DNA of 64,000 nucleotides from Nitrospinales bacterium (GTDB taxonomy: Bacteria > Nitrospinota > Nitrospinia > Nitrospinales > VA-1), in assembly GCA_965262115.1 (NCBI GenBank), contig OZ253496.1:2304001-2368000 (forward strand). Direction: 5' to 3'. Shown piece after piece: positions 1-10,608 of the stretch. How positions within the stretch are numbered: the stretch's first letter is position 1; every line of letters begins with the position of its first letter. The notes beneath the pieces are model-generated. The model saw nothing but the letters and a program-made list of their open reading frames with translations, searched no databases and had not been told where the DNA came from. Made by a program: the position numbers and the translations under genes.

Positions 1-51
1 TATTGAAAGCCAGCTTACAGGATATATTCCTTTGTGTCGATGGGCGTTTTC

Positions 52-80
52 TTGACATGAGGAGCTTTTTTGCCTATTAT
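52..80 (+). promoter_or_regulatory. sigma70-type promoter of rplU-rpmA
   Basis: TTGACA (52-57), 17-nt spacer, TATTAT (75-80), upstream of rplU. Confidence 0.7.
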
Positions 81-164
81 AGCCGTTTTATCCAATGTTG
101 GGACGGATGGGGGTTTTCCTGAGTGGAACCGCCCTTATTGTTTGAATTTAAGGAGTGACTGGAA

Positions 165-479
165 ATGATAGCAGTGGTTAAAACGGGTGGCAAGCAATAC
201 AAGATATCAGAAGGCGATGTCATCCAGGTTGAAAAGCTGGAAGCTAATGTTGGAGAAACCATTAACCTGGATAAGGTTCTTATCTGTGGGGAAGGTAGTT
301 CGATTAAAGTCGGCACTCCATACTTAAAGGGTTGCACTGTAGCCTGCGAGGTTACCGAACAATTGAGAGGCAAGAAAATTATTGTTTTTAAGAAACATCG
401 GAGAAAAGATTACCGGCGCAAGAATGGCCATCGCCAGTCCTTGACACGCTTGAAAATAACCGGAATTACTGCTCCATAA
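165..479 (+). CDS. rplU: 50S ribosomal protein L21
   Basis: MIAVVKTGGKQYK N-terminus, RRKNGHRQ motif; AAGGAG RBS. Confidence 0.98.
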   Translation: MIAVVKTGGKQYKISEGDVIQVEKLEANVGETINLDKVLICGEGSSIKVGTPYLKGCTVACEVTEQLRGKKIIVFKKHRRKDYRRKNGHRQSLTRLKITGITAP

Positions 480-491
480 CCAGAGGAAATC

Positions 492-755
492 ATGGCACAT
501 AAAAAAGGACAAGGCAGTACTTCAAACGGCCGTGACAGCCGAGGTCAAAGGTTGGGTGTGAAGCGGTTTGGAGGTCAGGCCGTCAAAGCAGGGGAAATAT
601 TGGTTCGCCAGCGTGGTACCCACTTCCACCCGGGAAGCAATGTGGGGTTGGGCAGTGATTATACGATTTTTTCTAAAATTGCGGGTGTGGTCAAATTTGA
701 ATATCGGAACCGCAAAACGCAAAAGATAAGCGTCTACCCACAAACACAACACTGA
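492..755 (+). CDS. rpmA: 50S ribosomal protein L27
   Basis: [16 protein letters not shown]...RLGVKRFGG; follows rplU. Confidence 0.98.
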   Translation: MAHKKGQGSTSNGRDSRGQRLGVKRFGGQAVKAGEILVRQRGTHFHPGSNVGLGSDYTIFSKIAGVVKFEYRNRKTQKISVYPQTQH

Positions 756-921
756 ACACGTCTCAATTCCCGCCCACTCGGCGTGGCCAGCGTGACGCCC
801 GGCGAGCCGCCGTTGGCAGATAGCGATTGCTTTCCCAGCTAACTAAAATCATCTCGGTTTGTGATACCCTCTTCCTTTCCCATTTTTCAAAACCGAACAA
901 TTAAAGAGCTCTTTTAAATGA

Positions 922-1977
<1,056 letters not shown>

Positions 1978-2002
1978 ACCTGAAACCCGCTTTATTACTG
2001 GA

Positions 2003-2251
2003 TCACAAAATCCTTAAATTTAATTTTTTTGACCCGGCCATCACTGTCAATTTTTTTGTTATGTGCGGTTTGAAGCCCCCTCCCCCAGAACTATTGGGAA
2101 GTGGAGAATCTGAGTGGCCCGCTAGGCTTCTCTCCGGTGTAACCAGAACACTATTCTGGCATTCGGTGCACTTGACCTCGGCCCTTTCTTCGATCAGGTC
2201 GGGGAGACCGGCATCAAAACTGGCTTGGCAATCCGGGCAAGATATTTTTAT
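2003..2251 (-). pseudogene. MJ0042-type zinc-ribbon ORF lacking a canonical start (ATA)
   Basis: Manual translation IKISCPDCQASFDAGLPDLIEERAEVKCTECQNSVLV... to TGA at 2003; in-frame TAA a few codons upstream, no ATG. Confidence 0.55.
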
Positions 2252-2362
2252 AATGCAATAAAAATCAAATATTTACGTAGATATTATATTTTTTATGCAA
2301 TAAAAAGTAAATGTCTAACCCCCCCCGTCCGAGCTTTCCTCTGACAGCCGGAAGAAGCTAAG

Positions 2363-2391
2363 TTGACAAGGTACCGCAGCTTCATTATAAT
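2363..2391 (+). promoter_or_regulatory. perfect consensus sigma70 promoter
   Basis: TTGACA (2363-2368), 17 nt, TATAAT (2386-2391). Confidence 0.85.
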
Positions 2392-2524
2392 TACCTATAG
2401 GGTTGGAGAAACCCGGATGTTAAAATCCATAGGCATAAAGCCTCCACGCCTTTTTCATTCGTGCCGCTTACGTCCCCAGGTTAAATTTATTTACTTTAAA
2501 AAGCTCTAAGCCGTTAAGAAAAAT

Positions 2525-3196
2525 ATGACCTTTTACAAAGCACAACAGATTGTAATTCCGCTTTTTCTGGTTCTGGCGTTTACAGGGTTCTTTACGGGCA
2601 AAACCCCTCAATACGTTAGTGGATTATCACCATTCTTTTCTGCGGTAAGCCGGGTGGAGGAGGGTGTGTTCCATAAGGCAAAAGAAGCACGTTTTCAAAA
2701 TGAGCTGGCCTACGACAACCGTATTCGGGAAAAGATACGCCGGATCATTTCTGATTATAACACAGGGCTGGATGAAACCAGTTCTATGCTGATTCCTGAA
2801 TGGATTTTGGCGGAAAGCAGGAAATACGGATACGATCCACTATTTCTCACTGCATTGATCATTACCGAGAGTTCTTTCTACAATTGGGCGAAGTCAAACC
2901 GGGGTGCGCATGGCTTGATGCAGTTGAAACCGGCTACGGCCATCGCGTTGGCGTCCGAAACCCGTTTGAAATGGAAGGGAACCCCCACCCTGTATGACCC
3001 CAGAAAGAATATAGCTTTAGGGGCTTATTACCTGAACAAGATGGTAGCCAGGTTTGGCGATCTAACCCTTGCCCTGGAGGCTTATAATCAGGGCCCGTCG
3101 CGGTTGAGTCGATTTCTCCGGAAAGGCTATCTTCCTCATCGTTATTCCAGGAAAGTTCTGAAAAACTACAGAAAAATCCGTTTCCAGCCCATTTAG
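2525..3196 (+). CDS. lytic transglycosylase (SLT domain)
   Basis: N-terminal hydrophobic anchor; motifs TESS, GAHGLMQL, AYNQG. Confidence 0.92.
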   Translation: MTFYKAQQIVIPLFLVLAFTGFFTGKTPQYVSGLSPFFSAVSRVEEGVFHKAKEARFQNELAYDNRIREKIRRIISDYNTGLDETSSMLIPEWILAESRKYGYDPLFLTALIITESSFYNWAKSNRGAHGLMQLKPATAIALASETRLKWKGTPTLYDPRKNIALGAYYLNKMVARFGDLTLALEAYNQGPSRLSRFLRKGYLPHRYSRKVLKNYRKIRFQPI

Positions 3197-3212
3197 GGCG
3201 GCCACGAATGGA

Positions 3213-3650
3213 ATGTTTTGGCAGGGTCGCTCTCAATTTGGTTTGACTTATATGGATTCATTCAGGCAATTTACATATCCGAAAGCCTTTTCGAAGAGAA
3301 CGGTGGGTTTTGCAAAGCAGGGCCTTATGGTTGCCTTGTTTCTTGTATCATTATCTGGATGTACCAATAAGGATGTTGAAAAAGCGTTTAAGGGGGATCT
3401 TCGTCCGGGAAAAGCTAATAAGATAATAGGCGAGTACTGCCAAAGTTGCCATGTCCACAAAGATTTTGATCCTCCCCTGCATGTTTCAAAAGTCAGAAAC
3501 CTTTATAATCGCCCGGTTTTTAAAAAAGCCCGGGAATGCGGATCCTGCCATTATATTGAAAAAAACTGGATGCATAACCAGCATGAACGTAAAACTCGAA
3601 TGCCGAAAGACGCGAACCGGGGAAAGTTCAAGAAGTTTGAGAAAAAATAA
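3213..3650 (+). CDS. putative di-heme c-type cytochrome lipoprotein (true start probably downstream)
   Basis: Lipobox LSGC; two CXXCH motifs (CQSCH, CGSCH). Confidence 0.7.
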   Translation: MFWQGRSQFGLTYMDSFRQFTYPKAFSKRTVGFAKQGLMVALFLVSLSGCTNKDVEKAFKGDLRPGKANKIIGEYCQSCHVHKDFDPPLHVSKVRNLYNRPVFKKARECGSCHYIEKNWMHNQHERKTRMPKDANRGKFKKFEKK

Positions 3651-3778
3651 CTGAGTCGAAAGCGCAGAGGTTGATCGCCCTCCTGAAAAAAAATTCAAAA
3701 TTCCTTTTTTGAAAATCAGAATAATCCGATTAGTATGTAATCAGTGGGCAATGCGAGAAAGCATAAATAAAGCCACGA

Positions 3779-5800
3779 ATGTTTATTTCCCAGCGTCGAG
3801 GTTGGCCTGGAAGAGAGAATGGGATATTTAGTGAAGCTTTTTTTAAATGTGGAGTTTTGCTGGTCGGAATTTTTTGGGTTATGGCGCCTGAAGTTTTTGC
3901 GTTTTCCATTGGAGAGTTCCAGGTTAAAAGCAAGTTTGGTGAAAAATTTAATGCTTCCTTAGAAATCGTTTTGGATTCCGAAGAGCCTGTGGAAGTGAGT
4001 CTGGGGGATGTGGATGACTACAACAAGCTGGGGATTGACAGGCAGGATATTGTCGATACTCTGGTTCTGGACTCCGTTCAATCTGATAGTGGACTGAAAA
4101 ATACCGTTCACATCCGTTCCAACAATCCTTTATTTTTTCCTTCGTTCAACCTTGTGATTCGGGTAACCCACAACGGGGGTACCTTGCTGGAAAATTTTCT
4201 GGTCATAGTGGATTTTCAGCAAAGCCTGGCCTTGAACGTCCAGGGAAAGAAAAAAAAGACCCCTCTCGAAAAACTTCCCAAACCTGAACCCCAACAAGAA
4301 CCTGCGGTAAGTCAGGAAAAGGCTCCACGACCTCCAGAGACACAACAGTTGGTAAAGGATGAGTCAGACGCCAAAAAAACGCAGGAGGTGAATCCAGAAA
4401 GTCGAACCCCTGAGACCCCTGAAGATAAGGTTCCCTCTGAGGAGTCCGAGGGCTTGCCGACGGAGTCCATTGTCCCGGTTCCTGCCAAGGCCCAAGTGGT
4501 ACACCGAAGGCGTCTTTCAGGCGTTATCTGGGCTAATTCCAGGCCCAAGCCCGAATTTATAACCGCAGAGACGAAAAAGACCCGTTCGGAAATTGTGCAA
4601 GGTTTGTCGGCCTCAGAGGATGCGTATGTTTTGCAAAAAGGGGAGGGGTTGTTTTCGATTGCCAGAAAACTCAAGGTTGGCAATTACCACCCGGCACAGA
4701 TTGCAGCCGCCATCTGGATGAAGAATATTGATAAATTTATATTTGGCAATATCCACGGCATTCGGGAAGGAGTTCAATTGGATCTGAAAAATCTGGAAGA
4801 ACATGTTTCCGGGATCGATCTTCAGACCGCAAGAAGTATTTTGAAAAACCAGGCTGTAGAATGGAAACTTACAAAGAGTGCTACTCCGGCTGAGGTGAAA
4901 ATCTCAACGATTCCTGAAATACCATTACCTTCGGAAAGATTAGAAGACCTTGCCGATCTGTTTGAACAGGTTAAGGGTTGGCAGGCCACTTGGGAAAACA
5001 TGGACATAGAAGGACATCTGGCTTATTACCAGGTTTTGGAAACTGAAAATCCGTTTCTGACCCATAAAAAGAAGTTGTTGGCCCGATACTCTAAACCGCG
5101 TCTTGAAACGTCCTCCAAATTGATGATGTTGAAAGAAGGAGTTCCAATGGTATTTTTTACACAGGCTTTTTCATCTGAAAACTTGAAAAGCTGGGGACTG
5201 AAAGAACTTGAATGGACTCGCTCCCAATCGGGTTGGAAAATACGCGGGGAAAATTTTTACGAATGGTTTTCTCGTTCAGGGGAGGAATCTTTTGAAAACC
5301 AGGCGGGTTGGGATGATCGTGTCAATGCAGAAAAGACCCTCTCTTTTGTCATTCATGTCTCCAGTCATTCCAACGAACCTTCGGCACTTTCTTTGACGAA
5401 CCGGTTGCGGGAAAACGGGTTCGATGCTTATTGGGCTCCAGTCAGAATGTCGAAGGACACCTTTATTTACCGAGTTTATGTGGGACGATTCTCAGATTGG
5501 AATCAAGCTCACAGAGTGGTTCGAATATTGAGAAAAAAACCTTTCGGGGGCCACGCGACAGCGATTACCTATCCCTATGCGTTGCAGGTCGGAGAAGCCA
5601 AGTCTTTGCAAGAGGCGAGAGTGTTATTGGAATCTTTGAGGAAATCCGGGTTGTCGGGTTTGTTGCTGGTTTCCTATAATGAGCCGACCGGGGTCCATTT
5701 TCGCGTGGTAGTAGGGGCTTTTAAAAAGGCAGATAATGCGACATGGATGCTTCAGCAACTGCAACAGTCTGGCTTTAACGGTGAGTTGATGTTCCCCTAG
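3779..5800 (+). CDS. FimV-like N-terminus, LysM-like segment and two C-terminal SPOR domains
   Basis: Signal peptide then FSIGEFQVKSKFGEKFNASLEI (FimV-like); YVLQKGEGLFSIA; YRVYVGRF and FRVVVGAF SPOR motifs. Confidence 0.75.
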   Translation: MFISQRRGWPGRENGIFSEAFFKCGVLLVGIFWVMAPEVFAFSIGEFQVKSKFGEKFNASLEIVLDSEEPVEVSLGDVDDYNKLGIDRQDIVDTLVLDSVQSDSGLKNTVHIRSNNPLFFPSFNLVIRVTHNGGTLLENFLVIVDFQQSLALNVQGKKKKTPLEKLPKPEPQQEPAVSQEKAPRPPETQQLVKDESDAKKTQEVNPESRTPETPEDKVPSEESEGLPTESIVPVPAKAQVVHRRRLSGVIWANSRPKPEFITAETKKTRSEIVQGLSASEDAYVLQKGEGLFSIARKLKVGNYHPAQIAAAIWMKNIDKFIFGNIHGIREGVQLDLKNLEEHVSGIDLQTARSILKNQAVEWKLTKSATPAEVKISTIPEIPLPSERLEDLADLFEQVKGWQATWENMDIEGHLAYYQVLETENPFLTHKKKLLARYSKPRLETSSKLMMLKEGVPMVFFTQAFSSENLKSWGLKELEWTRSQSGWKIRGENFYEWFSRSGEESFENQAGWDDRVNAEKTLSFVIHVSSHSNEPSALSLTNRLRENGFDAYWAPVRMSKDTFIYRVYVGRFSDWNQAHRVVRILRKKPFGGHATAITYPYALQVGEAKSLQEARVLLESLRKSGLSGLLLVSYNEPTGVHFRVVVGAFKKADNATWMLQQLQQSGFNGELMFP

Positions 5801-5829
5801 AAATGGAGAGCTTTGCATAACTCCGAGAT

Positions 5830-5867
5830 TACCCTTTCAGGGCACGAAAGTTTTGGTGAAATATCAC
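5830..5867 (-). repeat. 38-bp GNA-hairpin mini-element
   Basis: Reverse complement GTGATATTTCACCAAAACTTTCGTGCCCTGAAAGGGTA; absent at the homologous position of MITE 3. Confidence 0.8.
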
Positions 5868-5925
5868 GTCTTCGTCACCTTGTTCCTCAGAATGACAAAA
5901 TGGCCCAGTATTGTCATGCTGAGCA

Positions 5926-6004
5926 GTGATATTCGACCTTTGCCTTCATGCCCCGTAGGGGTATGTGATATCCTCTTCATTAAACTTCATGCCCCGTAGG
6001 GGTA
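5926..6004 (+). repeat. two tandem GNA-hairpin mini-elements (5926-5963, 5965-6004)
   Basis: GTGATAT...CTTCATGCCCCGTAGGGGTA twice. Confidence 0.85.
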
Positions 6005-6099
6005 TCTCGAAGCATCTCGATTCTTCGATTTTTTGACTTATGCAAAGGTCTCCTAGAAATGCGGGGGAAGGTTCAAATCAGACTGAAGGAGAAAACAAA

Positions 6100-6129
6100 A
6101 AAACCGCTCACTTTTCAGTGAGCGGTTTT
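6100..6129. terminator. bidirectional intrinsic terminator
   Basis: AAAACCGCTCACT-TTTC-AGTGAGCGGTTTT between convergent genes. Confidence 0.85.
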
Positions 6130-6146
6130 AATTTTGGACGAAAAAG

Positions 6147-6425
6147 CTATAGGGAGTTTTTCAATGTAGGAGCAGGTTTAAAACCAACCGTTTTACTGGC
6201 TTTAATTTTGATTTCCTCACCCGTTTGAGGATTCCGGCCTTTTCTTGCTTTTCGGTTTCGAACCGTAAAGGTTCCAAAGCTGGGGTAGGCGAACCGTTTT
6301 TCTTTTTTTACCCCTTTAGAAATAGCTTCGAAGGTGGCATCAATCACATCTCCGGCCAATCGCTTGGTCAGGCCATCGTTTTTACAACTTTTAATTACCG
6401 CATTGATTAATTCGTCTTTAGTCAA
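6147..6425 (-). CDS. hup: HU family DNA-binding protein
   Basis: MTKDELI..., FGTF, RKGRNPQTGE; TTG start with GAGGAGG RBS. Confidence 0.95.
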   Translation of the reverse strand: MTKDELINAVIKSCKNDGLTKRLAGDVIDATFEAISKGVKKEKRFAYPSFGTFTVRNRKARKGRNPQTGEEIKIKASKTVGFKPAPTLKNSL

Positions 6426-6534
6426 GGTTCATCCCCTCCTCTCAAATCATTATAAGGCTGGTGCATTATTATGAAACCCGCATCAAATGTCAAATAAAAA
6501 AACGGGATAGTATCCATTTTAGCCCTTTATTGAG

Positions 6535-6642
6535 GAGACCTTTGCATAACCCCGAGACCATCATTGATCCTCCCCTCTCATGAGGGGAGGATCAGATCAA
6601 TTCATGCCCCGCAGGGGTAATCTCGGGTTATGCAAAGGTCTC
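6535..6642. mobile_element. MITE copy 2 (108 bp)
   Basis: Perfect TIRs GAGACCTTTGCATAACCC; 9-bp direct repeat TTTATTGAG at 6526-6534 and 6643-6651; internal 13-bp hairpin 6565-6594; 3' half of the mini-element at 6601-6619. Confidence 0.9.
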
Positions 6643-6801
6643 TTTATTGAGGGGCGAATTCGACCCCCTACCTTGAGTGTGATAAAATAAGATTTGTGTT
6701 ATTAGGAGGCATGGACCCATATTTTATTCTGACCAGTAGTAAAAAAACTGGTATTTTAAATATGTATTGAGAGAAACCACACATGAACTCAGAGGTTGGA
6801 T

Positions 6802-7353
6802 ATGGCAGTGCTGAAAGTCGCTAAATTGGGCAACCCTGTTTTGAGGCAGGTCGCCAAGCAAGTGGATTTAAAAGAGTTGGCCGATCAGCAAGGCGAATTG
6901 CAGAACTTGGTAGACGATATGATCGACACCATGCGTGAGGAGGAGGGTGTCGGTCTGGCTGCTCCGCAGGTCAATCGTTCCCTGCAAATTGTGGTGCTGG
7001 AGTATGAGAGTAATGAGAGATATCCGGGAGAATCCCCCATCCCCGTGACCGCCCTGATCAATCCTGTATTGTCGGATTACAGTGAGGAAAATGCTTTGGG
7101 ATGGGAAAGTTGTTTGAGTCTCATTGATTTCAGGGTACTGGTTCGAAGATCCAAATCAGTGACGCTCAACGCTTATGATCGGGAAGGCAATAAGATAGAG
7201 AAACGGGCAACCGGTTTTGAGGCGGTGGTTTTACAACATGAAATTGACCACTTGAACGGTAAGGTATTCCTGGACCGAATGGAGGATCTCACTCAATTGG
7301 CTTATCAGGAAGAATTCGAAAAATTCTGGATTAAAAAAGATCCGGTTCTATAA
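6802..7353 (+). CDS. def: peptide deformylase
   Basis: GVGLAAPQ, ESCLS, QHEIDHLNG. Confidence 0.96.
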   Translation: MAVLKVAKLGNPVLRQVAKQVDLKELADQQGELQNLVDDMIDTMREEEGVGLAAPQVNRSLQIVVLEYESNERYPGESPIPVTALINPVLSDYSEENALGWESCLSLIDFRVLVRRSKSVTLNAYDREGNKIEKRATGFEAVVLQHEIDHLNGKVFLDRMEDLTQLAYQEEFEKFWIKKDPVL

Positions 7354-7361
7354 AAGGAGAG

Positions 7362-7712
7362 ATGGTATTGGACAACTCCTTGGAAGAAGAGATATTGCAT
7401 CTGTATCAGGAGCCGGGGATTGGTGCTTCCTACAGCAATACCTACGGTGAAGAGAATATCCAAAATCTGGTCGGCAAGTACCGCAGTCTCAAAGATGAGA
7501 GTATGCGGGAGATGCTGGAAATGCTGATCCGTTTTTCCCGGTCCAGCGATTTGGCGACCTGTTTCGTTTCGGTGGGGGTCCTGCACGCTTTGGGGAAAAA
7601 TGAAGATGTTCAAGAAGCCTACCGATGGGCCAAAACCCAGGACGACCCGGCACGGATCATCAGTCATTTCGATATTGGAAAGTCAGTTGCCGATTATTTC
7701 ACCTCGGCCTGA
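7362..7712 (+). CDS. hypothetical protein
   Basis: 116-aa ORF with AGGAG RBS directly after def; no recognised motif. Confidence 0.75.
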   Translation: MVLDNSLEEEILHLYQEPGIGASYSNTYGEENIQNLVGKYRSLKDESMREMLEMLIRFSRSSDLATCFVSVGVLHALGKNEDVQEAYRWAKTQDDPARIISHFDIGKSVADYFTSA

Positions 7713-9031
7713 ATTTTGCCATCTCCTGCTCCAGGAGTTGGGTTGAACCCGCTTGGGTCAACGGGGCATATCGAGCCGACGCATTCCCCCTGCTTTAACC
7801 TGTTACGGAGAAAGATCAGGAACCCGGACCATAAAATCCCCGGTAGGGTGACCAGCCCTGCCATCCACAAGGCAATCTGAGTGATATTCAAGCTCCATCC
7901 GTCCACGGCATAGCCCACGCCCCAATTGCTAAAGCCCATCACCAGAGTTAACAGGGCGAGTTCAAAACTGAAGACCCGGCCCAGGTAATGGTCTGGAGCG
8001 TATAGGTGGATCAAAGCCGAACTGAAAACCCAGACGATGGAGCCAAACAGGGTGGCAAGGGCCACACCGAGGGAAAGCGTCCAAAGGCTGTGGGAATAGG
8101 CGACGAATATCCATGCGCAAGCTTTCAGAAAAAATGCGCCGGCAATGGCCCATTGTAAAACCGAAGCACTTTCCCCGAAGATCCGCCTGACCAGAACGGG
8201 ACCTAAGGCGGCACCCAATCCGCGTGCGGAATAGAGAATACCGATTCCCAATGAGAGGGAACCGGACAACACCTGGCTGGCCATCAAGGGAATCAGAGTC
8301 ATGATGCCCCCTGCCACTGCCAGTCCGGCCTTTAATAATGACAACACCAGCACCATTGGTTCCGTCCATAAAAAGCGCAGAGAATCGATGAACTCCTGGT
8401 AGCCGGTTTGTTTGGGTGAATCCTTTTTCTCCGATTTTCCCTGGCTGGGAATTTTCGAAATGAACCAGGCCGAAAACAGGAAAGTGCTCGCGTCCAGGAT
8501 AAAGGCAGCTCTTATCCCGAACAAATGGACGACCACGCCACCCAAAGCGGCGCCAAAGGCCAGCATGACTGACCAGGTTGAACCGCTCAATGCGTTGGCG
8601 GTGACCAGATCTTTTTTCGGGACGAGCGAGGGAATGATTGCACTTCGGGCCGGTTCAAAAAACCCTGATAATGAAATCTCAACAATAACCAGGGCATAAA
8701 CCAGCCATAAGGCGTCCTGATCTTCCACCAGAAGAAATCCCAGCACTACCCCGCAACGCAACAGATCGCTGATAATCATCACCGTTTTTCGGTTGACACG
8801 GTCGACCACCACCCCAGCTATGGGACTGACCAGAACAATGGGCAGGAGCTTTGCCATCATCGCCACGGCCATGGCCATTCCAGAATCACTGAGTTTAAGG
8901 ATCAGTGCGTAAATGGCGATGCTGTTGAGCCAGTCTCCCAGTTCAGATACGACCTGGCCATACCACAGGTTGCGGAAGGCAGGGTTCTGGCGTAACAGGC
9001 GAAAATACCCGACTGTATTTTTGCTTTGCAT
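7694..9031 (-). CDS. MFS transporter
   Basis: About 12 hydrophobic segments, GVVVDRVNRK motif A; ATG at 9031 preferred. Confidence 0.9.
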   Translation of the reverse strand: MQSKNTVGYFRLLRQNPAFRNLWYGQVVSELGDWLNSIAIYALILKLSDSGMAMAVAMMAKLLPIVLVSPIAGVVVDRVNRKTVMIISDLLRCGVVLGFLLVEDQDALWLVYALVIVEISLSGFFEPARSAIIPSLVPKKDLVTANALSGSTWSVMLAFGAALGGVVVHLFGIRAAFILDASTFLFSAWFISKIPSQGKSEKKDSPKQTGYQEFIDSLRFLWTEPMVLVLSLLKAGLAVAGGIMTLIPLMASQVLSGSLSLGIGILYSARGLGAALGPVLVRRIFGESASVLQWAIAGAFFLKACAWIFVAYSHSLWTLSLGVALATLFGSIVWVFSSALIHLYAPDHYLGRVFSFELALLTLVMGFSNWGVGYAVDGWSLNITQIALWMAGLVTLPGILWSGFLIFLRNRLKQGECVGSICPVDPSGFNPTPGAGDGKIQAEVK

Positions 9032-9172
9032 TAAAAATTCCCGGGAAAAAACTGAAGGTGGGTGATGCGGAGCCCATACTAAAGACCCCCGCATGAATCT
9101 GCAACTGGAATTCGTTTTCGCGGTCTGGTATCTTTAAGTCACCAAAAACAGGTTTTAGCATAAAGGTGTCCC

Positions 9173-9694
9173 ATGGAAGAAGAACAACCGATATTGCAGG
9201 AAATAGATGATAAAACAGAGAAATGGACCAGAAGGGTTTCTCTGTGGGCCTCTCTATTTCTGACCACTGCTTTGGTGGTCTGGTATTACCAGGGAAATCC
9301 GCCGGATTCGCCGGAAGTGGTTAAGATGCGAATGTTTTTTAAGGAAAGAAATATAGAAGTGGGGGAGTTCATTAAAATGGACAGAAATGAGCAAATTGCA
9401 TTCGCTTATAAAAGCAAGCATCCTTTCTACAAGCGCTATATCAAGGTTTCTACTGTAGAGCAGGAAGGTATTCGTTCGCTCATCCATATATCCAGGGATT
9501 ATACGCCCAACCAGTACTGGCTCAACATCTTTTTCATGTGGGTGATGTGTTTCACCGCCTTCTGGTTTATCGGCCTGATGACCGAAGCTTGCATCGTGCT
9601 CATGCGGCGCAACTCACAAGCACGCATAAAAAACTACCAAAAGGAAAAAGAAAGAGAGCAAGGTTTAGCCCCGTCTGAAAGTGAACCCGAATAA
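9173..9694 (+). CDS. hypothetical membrane protein (2 TM)
   Basis: 173-aa ORF with two hydrophobic segments. Confidence 0.75.
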   Translation: MEEEQPILQEIDDKTEKWTRRVSLWASLFLTTALVVWYYQGNPPDSPEVVKMRMFFKERNIEVGEFIKMDRNEQIAFAYKSKHPFYKRYIKVSTVEQEGIRSLIHISRDYTPNQYWLNIFFMWVMCFTAFWFIGLMTEACIVLMRRNSQARIKNYQKEKEREQGLAPSESEPE

Positions 9695-9780
9695 ACGATT
9701 AGTAATTCGTGTGTCCTTGAAGATGTCAAATAAAAGCTGCGTTAAATCTCAAAATATCGAATTATTAGAGAGCCCAAACT

Positions 9781-10608
9781 ATGGATGCCAATCAGATTCG
9801 CTTTGCGATATTTATTTCGGTATTTTTATTGATGCTGGGGTTGGAGTCGGTCATTCAACGTCATCCTACCGTTGACTCTAAAAAACGTCGGCTAAAAATC
9901 AATTTGGCTTTAACGGGCATCGATATTCTTGTGGTGCGTATTTTTTTGGGAGCAGCGGCGATGGGGGCCGCCCAATTTGCCGGGGAAAAGGGATGGGGCC
10001 TGTTCAACTACTTGCAATGGCCGGAAGGACTGGAAACCTTGCTTGTCGTTGTAATTCTCGACCTGATGATTTATATCCAGCATGTGGTGGTGCATATGAT
10101 CCCTTTTTTCTGGCGCTTTCATGTTGTGCATCATTCTGACCTCGATTTGGACGTTTCATCCGGATTACGCTTCCACCCTATAGAGATATTGGTATCCATG
10201 TTTTATAAAATTGGTTTGGTCTTTGCTCTGGGTCCCTCGCCGATAGCGGTTTTGATTTTCGAGGCGGTTCTTAATGGAATGTCCCAGTTCTCCCATTCCA
10301 ATATCACTTTGCCGGAAAAGCTTGACCGGTTGTTAAGATATGTGATTGTCACGCCGGACATGCATCGCATTCATCATTCGGTGGAGAAAAGGGAAACCAA
10401 CTCTAATTTCGGTTTTAACCTGTCTGTCTGGGACCGAGCTTTGGGAACATATATTCATGATGCGTCAAAACCGCAACCGCGGATTATAATCGGGGTCAAT
10501 GCGTTTCGCACCGGTGAGGAAGTGTCTTTGAAAAATTTATTGATGATGCCATTTCGGGAGGTTCCCGAAAGCTACACGCTTTCCCCTGAAAAAAATAAGG
10601 ATAGGTAA
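9781..10608 (+). CDS. sterol desaturase / fatty acid hydroxylase family protein
   Basis: His boxes HVVVH, HVVHH, HSN, HRIHH; NFG motif. Confidence 0.92.
   Translation: MDANQIRFAIFISVFLLMLGLESVIQRHPTVDSKKRRLKINLALTGIDILVVRIFLGAAAMGAAQFAGEKGWGLFNYLQWPEGLETLLVVVILDLMIYIQHVVVHMIPFFWRFHVVHHSDLDLDVSSGLRFHPIEILVSMFYKIGLVFALGPSPIAVLIFEAVLNGMSQFSHSNITLPEKLDRLLRYVIVTPDMHRIHHSVEKRETNSNFGFNLSVWDRALGTYIHDASKPQPRIIIGVNAFRTGEEVSLKNLLMMPFREVPESYTLSPEKNKDR

Larger units (their letters stand above)
5806..6052. mobile_element. MITE copy 1 (247 bp)
   Basis: TIRs GAGAGCTTTGCATAA / TTATGCAAAGGTCTC; 9-bp direct repeat CTAGAAATG at 5797-5805 and 6053-6061. Confidence 0.9.

Noticed and set aside
2061..2261. 66-aa plus-strand ORF from the track
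   Set aside because: It is the antisense shadow of the zinc-ribbon ORF on the minus strand.
5926..6004. Mini-CRISPR (20-bp repeats with a unique spacer)
   Set aside because: The apparent spacers start with the conserved GTGATAT and the same unit is dispersed elsewhere, so these are tandem mini-elements.
5806..6642. Composite transposon carrying hup between MITE 1 and MITE 2
   Set aside because: Each MITE has its own distinct 9-bp duplication, which indicates independent insertions.
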